The notes: generated from the sequence alone by a model not told the origin. DNA of 38,075 bases from Verrucomicrobiales bacterium (GCA_031279715.1 JAITHY010000040.1:1-38075), one strand, 5' to 3'. Counted from the stretch's first letter, positions 27,436 to 37,456 are shown. Numbers and translations: made by a program.

Positions 27436-30400
27436 TCACTCCCCGCTGATGCTGGCGGCTTCGGTGGGTTCCTCGCTCTTCTTGATGCTCACTAACGTCG
27501 CGGGGATGCGGCTGCTCTTGAAGAAGCTCGTTTTGTCGAGCACATGTTTTTGGATTGCTTCAAACAACAAGAACGAGACGGGCGTTACGTACAGCGTCAG
27601 CACTTGCGAAACCAGCAAACCGCCGATGATGGCCAGCCCCAACCCGACGCGCGTGCCACCACCAGCGCCCCAGCCCACGGCCAGCGGAATCGCGCCCATC
27701 ACCGCCGCCAGTGTGGTCATGATAATCGGGCGGAAGCGTTCGACACACGCCTCCTCGACGGCCTCGCGCGGTTTTTTGCCAAGGTCCATTTGTTGCAATG
27801 CGAAGTCCACAATCAGAATGCCATTCTTCTTTACGATGCCGATAAGCATAAAAATACCTATCATTGAGTAGAGTGAAAAATCCTGGCCGAACACCCACAG
27901 CGTCGCCAAGCCGCCGACGGTGGCGGGAACCAGAGTGCTGAGCACCGTCAGCGGGTGCAGATAGCTCTCATACAAAATGCCGAGGATGACATACATGATG
28001 AAGACGCTGAAGATGAGCAAATATGGAAACACCTCAAACAGTTGCGCGAAAATGTCGGCGTCTCCCTTCAACCCGTAGAGGATGCCTTGCGGAATATTAT
28101 CATGCGCGAGTTTGTTAATTTCATCGGCGACGGTGCCGATGGCGACGCCGGGCTTCAGGTTAAAGAACACGGTGACACTGGTGAATTGGTCAATGTGGTT
28201 GACCTGCTGCGGGCCGAGCAGTTGCCTCCACTTCACCACGGCGTTGAGCGGGACAAGGTTGCCGCTGACGGACTTGACATAGAGCAGGCTCAAGTCCTCG
28301 GGATTGGCCCGGTAGCGGTCGTCAACTTCCATGATGAGCTGGTATTGGTCCCGCTCGGTTTTGATCAGGTACAAATAATTTTGCGAATACGCGTTGCGGA
28401 GCGCCGTCTCAATATCCTGCACGCTGACGCCGTAGGTCATGGCTTGCTCGCGCAGGATGTCGATTTGCAATTGCGGAAATTTTTGGTTCATGTCCGAGGA
28501 AACTGTTTGCATTCCGGGAATCATCCACATTTTGGCAATCATCACGTCGGCGGTTTTGTACACCTGGTCGGGGTCGAGGCCGCTCATGGCGAAGGCGTAT
28601 TTGCCCTGGGTGTTGGCGGTCGCGCCGGCGCTGATTTTGAGCACTGGCTCCGGTTGCAGCAACGGCATAATGCCTGGAATTTGCATCATCTGCGCGGTCA
28701 ATTCGCCAATGACGCTGTTGATGTCCTTGCGCTGATCGCGGTCCTTGAGGAACAGGAATGTGCCGCCGAGGTTGGACGGTAAAAATCCGGTGACGCCGGT
28801 AATGGTAATGCCGACGTTGAGGTCGGGATGCTTCCGTAAAATTTCCAAGATGCGCCGCTGATAGCCCTGCATTTTTTCCGGCGAGGCGTCCTGCGAGGCA
28901 ATGAACGCGCCGCGGACGAGACCGCTGTCACCCGCGGGCAGGAAGGTGCGCGGCAGTTGCAGGAAAATCCACACGCTGCCAATGGCGCAAACAATCCACG
29001 CCAAGATTGAAATCCACGTGTGGTGCAAAAAGAAATCCAGCGATTTGCCATACAGCCGCGTCAGCCCGCCGAACCATTTTTCCATGAACCGCTGCATCAG
29101 CGTCAGCTTGCGCTGTCCCGCGCGCTCGCCCAGCACGCGCGAGCACATCAGCGGCGTCAGCGTCAGCGACACCACGCCGGAGCAAATCACCGTGATGATA
29201 ATCGTCACGCCAAACTCGCGGAAAATCAACCCGACTTGCCCGGGCATGAACACCAGCGGGATGAACACCGCCGCCAGTGACAGCGTCATGGACAAAATCG
29301 TGAAGCTGATTTCCCTCGCGCTGTTGAACGTCGCCGCCATCACACCCTCGCCCGATTCCATTCGCCGCACGGTGTTTTCCAAAAACACGATGGCGTCGTC
29401 CACCAAAAAACCAATCGCCAGCACCAGCGCCAGCAGCGACAGGTTGTCAATGCTGAACCCGCACAAATTCATCACGATAAACGTCATCAACAGCGAGATG
29501 GGCAGCGCCACCGCCGGCACAATGGTGTCCGCCGCCTTGCCGAGGAACACGTAAATCACCAGCACCACCAGCACAAAGGCGATGAACAGCGTCTCCATCA
29601 CCTCGTTTAGCGAGGCGATAATCGTCTGCGACCGGTCATACACCACGAACATCTGCGCCGAGCCGGGCAACAGCAATTTCATTTGCGGCAAAATTTCGCG
29701 CACCTGCTCCGCCACGGCGACCGCGTTCGCGTCGGTTTGCTTCGACACCGCCATCACCACCGTCTCCGCGTCCGGCATCGAACCCGCGTAATAAAACCGC
29801 GCGAGGATGCGCTCGTTGTTGGTGGACGATTTCACCTCCGCCACGTCGCGCAAATACACCGCGTGACCGTCAGCGTAACCGATGATAAGTTTCGCGTAAT
29901 CCTCCGCCTCAACCAACTGGCCTCGCGGCGTCAGCAAATAAGTGCGGTGCTTGCCGTCGAATTGCCCCGCGCCCTGGTATTGTGTCGCCTTGGAAATCGC
30001 GCCCGCCACATCCTGCATAGACAACCCGCGCGCGCTGACGGCGGCGGGGTCAACCTTCACACGCACCGCCGGCGCGGAGGAATACACCTGCACGTTGGAG
30101 ACGCCGTTCACAATGCTAATGCGTTGGCCGATGTTTGTGGTGGCCAACTCGTACAACTGCCCCGTGGTCAGCGTTTGGCTGCTGATGGCGATGTAAATGA
30201 TGGGCTGGTCGTTCGGATTGGTTTTCCTGAACACCGGCGGCGAGGGCAAATCCGGCGGCAAGTTGCCTGTCGCCTGCGTGATGGCGGTTTGCACGTCAGT
30301 CGCGGCGGCGTCAATGTGCTTGGTGAGTTGAAACTCCAGGTTCATCGTGGTGACGCCCTGCGTGCTGGACGAGGTGATTTGCTTGATGCCCGGAATTTGC

Positions 30401-30618
30401 AAAAACTGTTTCTCCAACGGCGTGGCAATGTTGTTCGCCATCGTCACCGGATTCGCCCCGGGATACGCGACCGTGACACTAATGACGGGCGAGGGAATCT
30501 CCGGCAAATCATTCACCGGCATCCGCTGATAACAAATAATCCCGAACACGATGACGCTGACCGTGACCATCATGGTAAACACGGGACGCCGGATGAACGG
30601 ATCGGACAAGCTGCTCAT
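27436..30618 (-). CDS. RND (HAE1, AcrB/MexB-type) multidrug efflux permease
   Basis: 1060 aa, 12-TM RND architecture. N-terminus FIRRPVFTMMVTVSVIVFGI, conserved DDAIVFLEN and DFALQ segments. Confidence 0.93.
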   Translation of the reverse strand: MSSLSDPFIRRPVFTMMVTVSVIVFGIICYQRMPVNDLPEIPSPVISVTVAYPGANPVTMANNIATPLEKQFLQIPGIKQITSSSTQGVTTMNLEFQLTKHIDAAATDVQTAITQATGNLPPDLPSPPVFRKTNPNDQPIIYIAISSQTLTTGQLYELATTNIGQRISIVNGVSNVQVYSSAPAVRVKVDPAAVSARGLSMQDVAGAISKATQYQGAGQFDGKHRTYLLTPRGQLVEAEDYAKLIIGYADGHAVYLRDVAEVKSSTNNERILARFYYAGSMPDAETVVMAVSKQTDANAVAVAEQVREILPQMKLLLPGSAQMFVVYDRSQTIIASLNEVMETLFIAFVLVVLVIYVFLGKAADTIVPAVALPISLLMTFIVMNLCGFSIDNLSLLALVLAIGFLVDDAIVFLENTVRRMESGEGVMAATFNSAREISFTILSMTLSLAAVFIPLVFMPGQVGLIFREFGVTIIITVICSGVVSLTLTPLMCSRVLGERAGQRKLTLMQRFMEKWFGGLTRLYGKSLDFFLHHTWISILAWIVCAIGSVWIFLQLPRTFLPAGDSGLVRGAFIASQDASPEKMQGYQRRILEILRKHPDLNVGITITGVTGFLPSNLGGTFLFLKDRDQRKDINSVIGELTAQMMQIPGIMPLLQPEPVLKISAGATANTQGKYAFAMSGLDPDQVYKTADVMIAKMWMIPGMQTVSSDMNQKFPQLQIDILREQAMTYGVSVQDIETALRNAYSQNYLYLIKTERDQYQLIMEVDDRYRANPEDLSLLYVKSVSGNLVPLNAVVKWRQLLGPQQVNHIDQFTSVTVFFNLKPGVAIGTVADEINKLAHDNIPQGILYGLKGDADIFAQLFEVFPYLLIFSVFIMYVILGILYESYLHPLTVLSTLVPATVGGLATLWVFGQDFSLYSMIGIFMLIGIVKKNGILIVDFALQQMDLGKKPREAVEEACVERFRPIIMTTLAAVMGAIPLAVGWGAGGGTRVGLGLAIIGGLLVSQVLTLYVTPVSFLLFEAIQKHVLDKTSFFKSSRIPATLVSIKKSEEPTEAASISGE

Positions 30619-30620
30619 TG

Positions 30621-31748
30621 TCAGGATTGCCCTCCGGCGGGTTGACTGTCAGCGGGCGGCGCGACGCGGATTTTCGCACCCGGGCTGAGCATCAGCTGTC
30701 CGTCCAGCACCACCGTCTCGCCGGCACTGACGCCCTTTTCAATCACCAACCATCCCCCCTGCCGCTGCCCCTCGGTGACCATTCGCAAATCCACCGTTTG
30801 GTCGGGATTCACCACAAACACGTACGCCCCGTTGTGCCCGACCTGCACAGCGTCAGCGGGTATCAATACCGCGTCGGGAATGTCCGCCAGCACCAGCTTC
30901 ACTTTCACAAACTGCCCGGCCCAAAACAACCGGTCCTCATTCGGCATAATCGCCCGCAACATCACCGTCCCCGTCCCCGCGCGAATCATGTTGTCCAAAA
31001 AATACAACTCCCCGTAACGACTTTTCGACTCATCATCCGGAAAATACACCTGCACCCTCAGCGTGCCCTTTTGAAAATACTCCCGCACCCGCGGCAGATC
31101 CGCCTCCGCCACGATAAAATCCACATACATCGGGTCCATGCGCTGAATCGACACCAACGTTTTCCCGCTGTAAGCGTTCACCACATTGCCGATGTCCACC
31201 TGATGCGCCCCCATTTTCCCGTCAATGGGAGCGGTGATATGGCAGTAACCAAGGTTAATCTCCGCCGTCTCCAGCGCCGCCTCGTCCGCCTTGACCGTCG
31301 CCCGGTTCACCTCCACGGTGGTTTTCAAATTCTCCAAATCCTGCGCCGAAATGTAATTGCCCGCAACCAGGCTCTCATTGCGCTTCAACTGCTCCTGATT
31401 ATACGCCAACATCGCCCGATCCGACGCCAGCCGCGCCGCCGCCTGCTCCCTGGCGGCTTGGTACGGGCGGGGGTCAATGGTGAACAACGGCTCGCCCGCT
31501 CTCACCTCCTGCCCGTCCGTGAAATGAATTTTCGTCACCGCGCCCGAAACTTGCGGCATAATCAACACGCTCTGCAACGCCTGGCACGTCCCGATTTCCT
31601 CAAGATACAACGGCACCTTTCGCGCGACCGCCTGCGCCGTCGTCACCAACACCGGCGGACGCTGCGGCGGCGCCTGCTCTTTCTTCGCGCAGCCGCTGAC
31701 CATGACCGTCAGCGCCGCCACCAAATGAAAATTCAAAACTTTCCTCAT
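30621..31748 (-). CDS. RND efflux periplasmic adaptor (membrane fusion protein, AcrA-like), lipoprotein
   Basis: Lipobox LTVMVSGC, then lipoyl/hairpin/beta-barrel pattern (GEPLFTIDPRPYQAA..., LGYCHITAPIDG). Lies 2 nt upstream of the RND gene. Confidence 0.9.
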   Translation of the reverse strand: MRKVLNFHLVAALTVMVSGCAKKEQAPPQRPPVLVTTAQAVARKVPLYLEEIGTCQALQSVLIMPQVSGAVTKIHFTDGQEVRAGEPLFTIDPRPYQAAREQAAARLASDRAMLAYNQEQLKRNESLVAGNYISAQDLENLKTTVEVNRATVKADEAALETAEINLGYCHITAPIDGKMGAHQVDIGNVVNAYSGKTLVSIQRMDPMYVDFIVAEADLPRVREYFQKGTLRVQVYFPDDESKSRYGELYFLDNMIRAGTGTVMLRAIMPNEDRLFWAGQFVKVKLVLADIPDAVLIPADAVQVGHNGAYVFVVNPDQTVDLRMVTEGQRQGGWLVIEKGVSAGETVVLDGQLMLSPGAKIRVAPPADSQPAGGQS

Positions 31749-31751
31749 AAA

Positions 31752-33224
31752 TCATCTCCCTGTCACACCATCCGCCAACAGCGAACCCGTCGCATTGGCC
31801 AGGCCGGCGGAAGCGTTGAACAGCCCCGTCCGCGCCGCCGCCAGTGTCGCCCGCGCCGCCGCCAAATCATTCTGCGCCGTCAACACATCAATCATATTCT
31901 TCAACCCGCTGCGATAGCTGATGCTGACCGAGTCAAAATTGCTCTGCGACGCCGCCAGCAGCGCCCGCGCCGCGTCCACTTGCTTCGCCGCCGTCTTGAA
32001 CGTCACGTAACCAGTCACCACCTCCGCCACCACGCCAAGCTGCCCACCCAGCAAATCCGCCCGCGCCGCCGCCGCCAGTGCCTTCGCGTTTTTCACTTGA
32101 TACGCCTTGCTGCCGCCGTCAAACAAATCAAAACTGAACGACAACACCGCCGACGCATTATCCTGATGATCCACCCCGTTCGGCGGCGACCGGTCACTCG
32201 CGTAATAACTGCGCTGCAACCCCACGTTCATCGTCAGCGACGGCCAGCGGTTCGCCTCCGCCAAATCCACCGATGCCAACCGCGACCGCCACGCATGATA
32301 CTTCGCCGCCAAATCCGGCCGCTGACGAAACGCCAAATCAATCAACCCGTCCACCTGCTCCTCCAACACCGTCAGCGACGGCTCGCCGGCCGGCGGCGCG
32401 ATGGTCAGCGGCGCATTGCCCGGCACGCCGAGGCTCGTCGCCAGTGCCACCCGCGCCGTGCTCACCTTCCCGCGCGCGCCTTCCAGATTGTACCGAAAAC
32501 GCTCCAAATTTTGTTTCGCCTGCGCCAAATCCGTCGAAGTCGCCAGCCCCGCGTTTACTTTGATTTGCGTTTGCCGGCACACCGCGTCCGCCAGTTCCAG
32601 CGCCACCTCAGCGTTCTCCAAATTGACATTGGCGCCGTCCAAATTGTAATACGCATTCATCACCATCAGCGTCACGCTTTGCAGCGCCTGGTTGAAATTA
32701 AAATTCTGGCTCAGCAAATTAAACCGCGCCTGCTCCTGCGCCGCCCTGCGCGACCCGAAATCAAGCAACAAATATTGCATCCGCGCCGTCGGTCCAACAT
32801 ACAACTGATTCACCGTGTTCCGGCTGGGCGCCGTCGGCTGCGTCGTATGCGCCCCGCCCGCCTCCACCCCCACGCTGACGGTGGGATAATCCAGTGCCTT
32901 CTGCACGCCAAGTTGCGCCGCCAGCGCGTTTGCCTGCTGCCACGCCGCTGACGTTGACGGATTGCGCCGCAACGCCTCGTCCACCAGTTCCGGTAACGAC
33001 CACTGACGTTCAGCGTCGTCAAACGGCGCTGTCAAACTCACCTCCCGCGCCGACGCCGGCAACCCGGCCCCCGGATTGCCAAACGGCACCGTCAGCGAGG
33101 AGGCGGGGTCAACCCCCTCCTCCACCCGCACCGCCGGCACATCCTCAGCGCGCGCGCCCGACACCGTCATCATCAGCGCCGCCAAGAACCCATATTTCCC
33201 GCAAGATAACACCATAAAATGCAA
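31752..33224 (-). CDS. TolC-like outer membrane efflux factor (OMF)
   Basis: 490 aa. Signal peptide and two OEP repeats (LPELVDEALRRNPS..., DLAQAKQNLE..., LDVLTAQNDL). First gene of the OMF-MFP-RND operon. Confidence 0.85.
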   Translation of the reverse strand: MHFMVLSCGKYGFLAALMMTVSGARAEDVPAVRVEEGVDPASSLTVPFGNPGAGLPASAREVSLTAPFDDAERQWSLPELVDEALRRNPSTSAAWQQANALAAQLGVQKALDYPTVSVGVEAGGAHTTQPTAPSRNTVNQLYVGPTARMQYLLLDFGSRRAAQEQARFNLLSQNFNFNQALQSVTLMVMNAYYNLDGANVNLENAEVALELADAVCRQTQIKVNAGLATSTDLAQAKQNLERFRYNLEGARGKVSTARVALATSLGVPGNAPLTIAPPAGEPSLTVLEEQVDGLIDLAFRQRPDLAAKYHAWRSRLASVDLAEANRWPSLTMNVGLQRSYYASDRSPPNGVDHQDNASAVLSFSFDLFDGGSKAYQVKNAKALAAAARADLLGGQLGVVAEVVTGYVTFKTAAKQVDAARALLAASQSNFDSVSISYRSGLKNMIDVLTAQNDLAAARATLAAARTGLFNASAGLANATGSLLADGVTGR

Positions 33225-33396
33225 TCCATTAAAAATAACCCTGAAATTTCACCGCCACAATTATAAAATAAAAATGCGTAAAAAGCCGAATGGCAGCCAA
33301 CTCCAGCATGGTTCATTTAACCGCGACGCCGTCATTTTGATAAATATTATTTTTCTTGCCATTATTAGGAAAATCATATAGATAAAAACACCCCCT
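33225..33396. promoter_or_regulatory. AT-rich divergent control region between the efflux operon and its LysR-type regulator
   Basis: 172 bp, visibly AT-rich, with an imperfect dyad ATTTTTCT-N10-AGGAAAAT near 33340-33370. Divergent LysR/target arrangement is typical. No operator could be proven. Confidence 0.4.
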
Positions 33397-34308
33397 ATGG
33401 AACTGCGCGAACTCCGCTATTTCATCGCCGTCGCCGAGGAATTGAATTTCTCCGCCGCCGCCAAACGTTTGCATTTGTCACAGCCGCCGCTAACCGCCGC
33501 CATTAAAAAATTGGAGGCGGAGCTGGCGGTGCGCCTGTTCAACCGCACCAGCCGCAAGGTCGAACTCACCGAGGCGGGCGCGCATCTGCTCGCGGCGGGG
33601 CGCCGCCTGCTCAACCACGCCCGCCAGGTCGCTGACGGCACCAGGGTGTACGGGCAGGGCAAGCGGGAAGTGTTGCGGCTGGCGTTTTTCATACTCGTCA
33701 CCCGCGACATTTTGCCCATGGCGCTGTCGCGTTTTCGCAAGAACTTTCCCAACGTTTATTTGGAATTTCAACATCTCCGTCCCGAAGATGCCGAGAAAAT
33801 CCTCACCGACGACCTTGCCGACGCGGTCATCGCCAATCATCTGCCGACCGGCGAGTTGCTGGCCTCCAAATCCTGGCTTCGCACCAGTCTGGTCGCCGCC
33901 CTGCCGCCGCACCATCCGCTGACAGTGAACAAGAAAATCAGCATCGCCGATTTGCGTGACGAGCAGTTTATCCTGAGCCATGACACCGCCCCGCAGTTGA
34001 CACAAAAGGCCCATCAATTCTGCCGCGCCGCTGGCGGTTTCGAGCCGCGTATCAAGCAATATTGCTCGGAAACCCTCGGCGCCCTGGCCTTGGTCGCCGC
34101 CGGTGACGGCGTTTCCATTTTCGATTCCAGCATTGAGTGGACCCGCACCGGCGCGACCTTTATTCCTTTCAAGGAGCCGACTCCCGCCATTCAATGGGGC
34201 GTCGCCTGGCGCAGGGACAAGGAAACCCCCGCGTTGCGCGGTTTGTTGCGGGAGCTTAACCGCGCGTTTGCCGGCGGCGCCATTAAACAGCCCCGGCAGG
34301 GCCGCTGA
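33397..34308 (+). CDS. LysR-family transcriptional regulator
   Basis: N-terminal wHTH MELRELRYFIAVAEELNFSAAAKRLHLSQPPLTAAIKKLEAELAVRLFNRTSRKVELTEAG, plus a LysR substrate-binding domain. Confidence 0.9.
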   Translation: MELRELRYFIAVAEELNFSAAAKRLHLSQPPLTAAIKKLEAELAVRLFNRTSRKVELTEAGAHLLAAGRRLLNHARQVADGTRVYGQGKREVLRLAFFILVTRDILPMALSRFRKNFPNVYLEFQHLRPEDAEKILTDDLADAVIANHLPTGELLASKSWLRTSLVAALPPHHPLTVNKKISIADLRDEQFILSHDTAPQLTQKAHQFCRAAGGFEPRIKQYCSETLGALALVAAGDGVSIFDSSIEWTRTGATFIPFKEPTPAIQWGVAWRRDKETPALRGLLRELNRAFAGGAIKQPRQGR

Positions 34309-34395
34309 CCGTGCGCGGGGTTTATTACGACGGCCCAATGCCCGCGCGCGAGGCAATATGAACACCCAATAACTCATCCGGATGAGGGATGCCGC

Positions 34396-35325
34396 TCACA
34401 CCTGTGTCTTGAAATACGCGATGGTGTGTTTCAACCCTTCTTCCAAAGGCACTTTCGGTTCCCAGCCGTCGAGGTGTTTTTTCGCCAGGGTGATGTCGGG
34501 GCGGCGTTGTTTGGGGTCATCAGCGGGGAGCGCCTTGTGGACGATTTTGCTTTTGCCTCCAACTTGCCCCAACACCAACTCGGCGAGTTGCAGCATGGTG
34601 AATTCACCCGGATTGCCGAGGTTGATGGGGCCGACGGCGCCGCTCTGGTTCATCAAACGGACAAAGCCCTCGATAAGGTCGTCCACATAACAGAACGAGC
34701 GCGTTTGCTGGCCGTCACCATAGACGGTGATATCCTCGCCGCGCAGGGCCTGGACAATGAAGTTGGAGACCACGCGCCCGTCATCGGGATTCATCCGCGG
34801 GCCATAGGTATTGAAGATGCGGACGATGCGGATGTCGGTTTTGTTCTCGCGGTGGTAGTCGAAGAACAGCGTCTCGGCGCACCGTTTGCCTTCGTCGTAA
34901 CACGAGCGGCGTCCGATGGGATTGACGTTGCCCCAGTAAGATTCCGGCTGCGGGTGAACGGCGGGGTCGCCGTACACCTCGCTGGTGCTCGCCTGAAAGA
35001 CTCGCGCCTTGACGCGCTTGGCGAGACCCAGGCAGTTGATGGCGCCCATGACGGAAGTTTTGACGGTCTTGATGGGATTGTACTGGTAGTGCGGCGGCGA
35101 GGCGGGGCAGGCGAGGTTGTAGATTTGGTCAACCTCAAACTTGAACGGGTCGATGACGTCATGGCGCACGAGTTCGAAATTCGGGCGTCCAATCAAGTGG
35201 GCGATGTTTTGTTTGCGTCCGGTGAAAAAGTTGTCGAGGCAAATTAACTCATGCCCCTGGCTGATAAGCCTGTCGCAAAGATGCGAGCCGAGAAAACCCG
35301 CGCCGCCGGTGACCAAAATCCTCAT
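34396..35325 (-). CDS. uxs: UDP-glucuronate decarboxylase (UDP-xylose synthase), extended SDR
   Basis: [29 protein letters not shown], catalytic [19 protein letters not shown]. Confidence 0.9.
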   Translation of the reverse strand: MRILVTGGAGFLGSHLCDRLISQGHELICLDNFFTGRKQNIAHLIGRPNFELVRHDVIDPFKFEVDQIYNLACPASPPHYQYNPIKTVKTSVMGAINCLGLAKRVKARVFQASTSEVYGDPAVHPQPESYWGNVNPIGRRSCYDEGKRCAETLFFDYHRENKTDIRIVRIFNTYGPRMNPDDGRVVSNFIVQALRGEDITVYGDGQQTRSFCYVDDLIEGFVRLMNQSGAVGPINLGNPGEFTMLQLAELVLGQVGGKSKIVHKALPADDPKQRRPDITLAKKHLDGWEPKVPLEEGLKHTIAYFKTQV

Positions 35326-35334
35326 GGCTGGCGA

Positions 35335-36375
35335 TTATGCAAAGACGCGGCGATTTAGCCAGTTGAAAATGACGGTCAGCGCCCAGGTCAGCGCATTGGC
35401 GGCGAGCAACGCGCTGACCGGGAGCATCAGTTGGTGTTCCGCCAACAACCAGCCGCTGACGATGGGAATGGCGCATAATATCACCAGCACGGACATGACG
35501 CTGACGACGCGTTTTTTCAACAAGGCGAGTTGGCTCGCGATTAGTGCCGTCACCATCAGCGCGGCGAACAGCCATTCGTCCGGCACGGGGCGGGTGAAAT
35601 TGGCGGCGAACAAATCTTTCAACGCCTGGTAAAGCACCCGCGTGAACTCGCCTTCCGCGCCGACCAGCAGGATTTTTCCGCTGACAGCGGCCGGGTCAAC
35701 GAGGGGCGGGAGATTGTGGCGGAGCTGCTCGGCGGAGACAATCAATTGATAAAACCCGACGGCGGGCGCTTCGCCGTCGCCGTGAAGCGGCAGGCACCCG
35801 TCGCGGTCAACAGGGATGCGCGCGGGGTCGCCGCCGCCGAAGTATTGCAAGTAAGTTTGCAGGACGAACGTGGGAACGGTTTTCCCGCCGTCACTGACAA
35901 TGAGCGGAACACGCCGCGCCTCACCATCAGCGTCCGGCCACCATGGCGACGGCGCAACCCTGGCGGCCTGGGCAATCTCAGCGGGCGCCCCCGGCAGCAA
36001 CACCACGCGTTCAAACCGCCGGATTTGCCTGCCGAGTTGCGCGTCGTAAATTTTGTAATCCGCCTCGCCCGCCTCCAACGGAATGGCGATGGCGACCACG
36101 GCGGGCTTAAACTCGGCGATGGCGTTAAGAAACACCGCGTAATCCAAGTTCGACCACGGCCAACTTTGCCGGCCAAAATCCTGAGTCGTGACCAACACAA
36201 CGGGCGGCGCGGCGGGAATTTCCATCGGCAAAAAGCGGGCGGCAAGCCCCGCCGCGCGCGCGTCCCCGCCAGCCGCGAACCCAAGCAAATGCAACACCCA
36301 CCCCGCCCCGCTCACCGTCAGCGCCAGGCCGATGGCGAAGCCCCGCAAAAACGCGCCGCTGACAATCGTGTTCAA
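35335..36375 (-). CDS. Stand-alone CHASE2-domain membrane protein (no output domain)
   Basis: 346 aa. Topology is 1 TM, about 230 aa extracytoplasmic, then 3 C-terminal TM helices. The VVLVTTQDFGRQSWPWSNLDYAVFLNAIAEFKPAVVAIAIPL segment resembles the CHASE2 core (IDxxS...WPW.R..A.L...). Confidence 0.6.
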   Translation of the reverse strand: MNTIVSGAFLRGFAIGLALTVSGAGWVLHLLGFAAGGDARAAGLAARFLPMEIPAAPPVVLVTTQDFGRQSWPWSNLDYAVFLNAIAEFKPAVVAIAIPLEAGEADYKIYDAQLGRQIRRFERVVLLPGAPAEIAQAARVAPSPWWPDADGEARRVPLIVSDGGKTVPTFVLQTYLQYFGGGDPARIPVDRDGCLPLHGDGEAPAVGFYQLIVSAEQLRHNLPPLVDPAAVSGKILLVGAEGEFTRVLYQALKDLFAANFTRPVPDEWLFAALMVTALIASQLALLKKRVVSVMSVLVILCAIPIVSGWLLAEHQLMLPVSALLAANALTWALTVIFNWLNRRVFA

Positions 36376-36453
36376 AGCGTGACTTTTTTAGCAGATTTCT
36401 CAAATTGCCGCACACTATTTGAAAAACAATAATTTTTCAAAGAACCTGACGCA

Positions 36454-36480
36454 ACGCCGCCCGCTGACAACGGGCGGCGT
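36454..36480. other. Perfect 10-bp GC hairpin whose loop carries the CTGAC core, in the atpG upstream spacer
   Basis: ACGCCGCCCG-ctgacaa-CGGGCGGCGT. A separate AT dyad TTTGAAAAA-caataa-TTTTTCAAA lies at 36418-36441. Function unknown (attenuator, terminator or operator). Confidence 0.5.
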
Positions 36481-36580
36481 GATTCCTCCGCGGGGCCAAT
36501 GCTTTTTTTCACCCCGCCACGGCGTTAAAAAAGCTGGCTTGGAACCAAACTTGTTGTAAAGTTGGCAAACATTTTCAGCC

Positions 36581-37456
36581 ATGGGCACACGCGATATTCG
36601 CCGCCGTATCAAGTCGGTCAGGAACACCTCGCTCATCACGAAGGCAATGCAGATGGTGGCGACCTCCAAAATGGCGCAGGCGCAGGCGCAGGCGTTGCAG
36701 GGGCGCGCATTCGCCGCGCAGCTTGGCAAAATACTGCGTGACATAGGGCGGCATGCGCTGGAGGTGGAGCATCCGTTGTGGCGCGGCGCCGCTGACGGCG
36801 CGCCGCCCGCGGTGTTGTTGATTTCGACGGACAAGGGGCTGTGCGGGGGATTGAACGCCAATTTGTTCCGCGTGCTGGCAGCGCTGCCGGCGGAGACGGT
36901 GTTGGTCACCATCGGGCGGCGGGGGCGGCAGTTCGCCGCGCGCACAAAGCGGCGTTTGCTGGCGGATTTTCCCCTGCCGGAGCGGATCGCCTACCCTGCG
37001 GTGAAACACATCGCGGAGTATCTGTCGGAGGCTTTTCTCCGCGGCGAAATTGGCTCGCTGACGGTGTTATATCCGCGCTTTGTCAACACACTGGTGCAAA
37101 AGCCATTGCGGGAGCCGCTGCTGCCGCTGGCGGATTTGAATTGCTCAAACGTCGGCTTGCTGGGCGAAACAGTCCTCTCCGCTGACCATGACACGGGCGC
37201 GGACTTTGTGTACGAACCGTCAGCGTCAGCGGTGCGCGACAAACTGTTCCCCATGTACGTGAATTTCAATCTGTATCACATGCTGTTGGAAGCCCGCGCC
37301 TCGGAGCACAGCGCGCGCATGGTGGCGATGAAGAACGCGACAGACAACGCGCGGCAATTGACCAAGGACTTGACGCTGGAATACAACAAAGTGCGGCAGA
37401 CAGCCATCACGAACGAGATTTTGGAAATCGCGGCGGCGCAAGCGGCGGGGGATTGA
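36581..37456 (+). CDS. atpG: F1 ATP synthase gamma subunit
   Basis: MGTRDIRRRIKSVRNTSLITKAMQMVATSKM..., TDKGLCGGLN, C-terminal LEYNKVRQTAITNEILEIAAAQ. Confidence 0.9.
   Translation: MGTRDIRRRIKSVRNTSLITKAMQMVATSKMAQAQAQALQGRAFAAQLGKILRDIGRHALEVEHPLWRGAADGAPPAVLLISTDKGLCGGLNANLFRVLAALPAETVLVTIGRRGRQFAARTKRRLLADFPLPERIAYPAVKHIAEYLSEAFLRGEIGSLTVLYPRFVNTLVQKPLREPLLPLADLNCSNVGLLGETVLSADHDTGADFVYEPSASAVRDKLFPMYVNFNLYHMLLEARASEHSARMVAMKNATDNARQLTKDLTLEYNKVRQTAITNEILEIAAAQAAGD

Noticed and set aside
30618-32951. 777-aa plus-strand ORF, the longest non-annotated ORF in the track
   Set aside because: It is extremely Arg/His/Pro/Gln-rich low-complexity sequence. It lies exactly antisense to the well-supported MFP and OMF genes. 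This is a typical shadow ORF of GC-rich DNA, where stop codons are rare.
33490-35247. 295-aa minus-strand ORF over the LysR gene and 273-aa plus-strand ORF over uxs
   Set aside because: Both are antisense to strongly supported genes, and neither has a recognisable domain.
36415-37009. 176-aa and 144-aa minus-strand ORFs overlapping the atpG 5' region and its upstream spacer
   Set aside because: They are antisense to atpG, run through structured non-coding DNA, and have arginine-rich composition.
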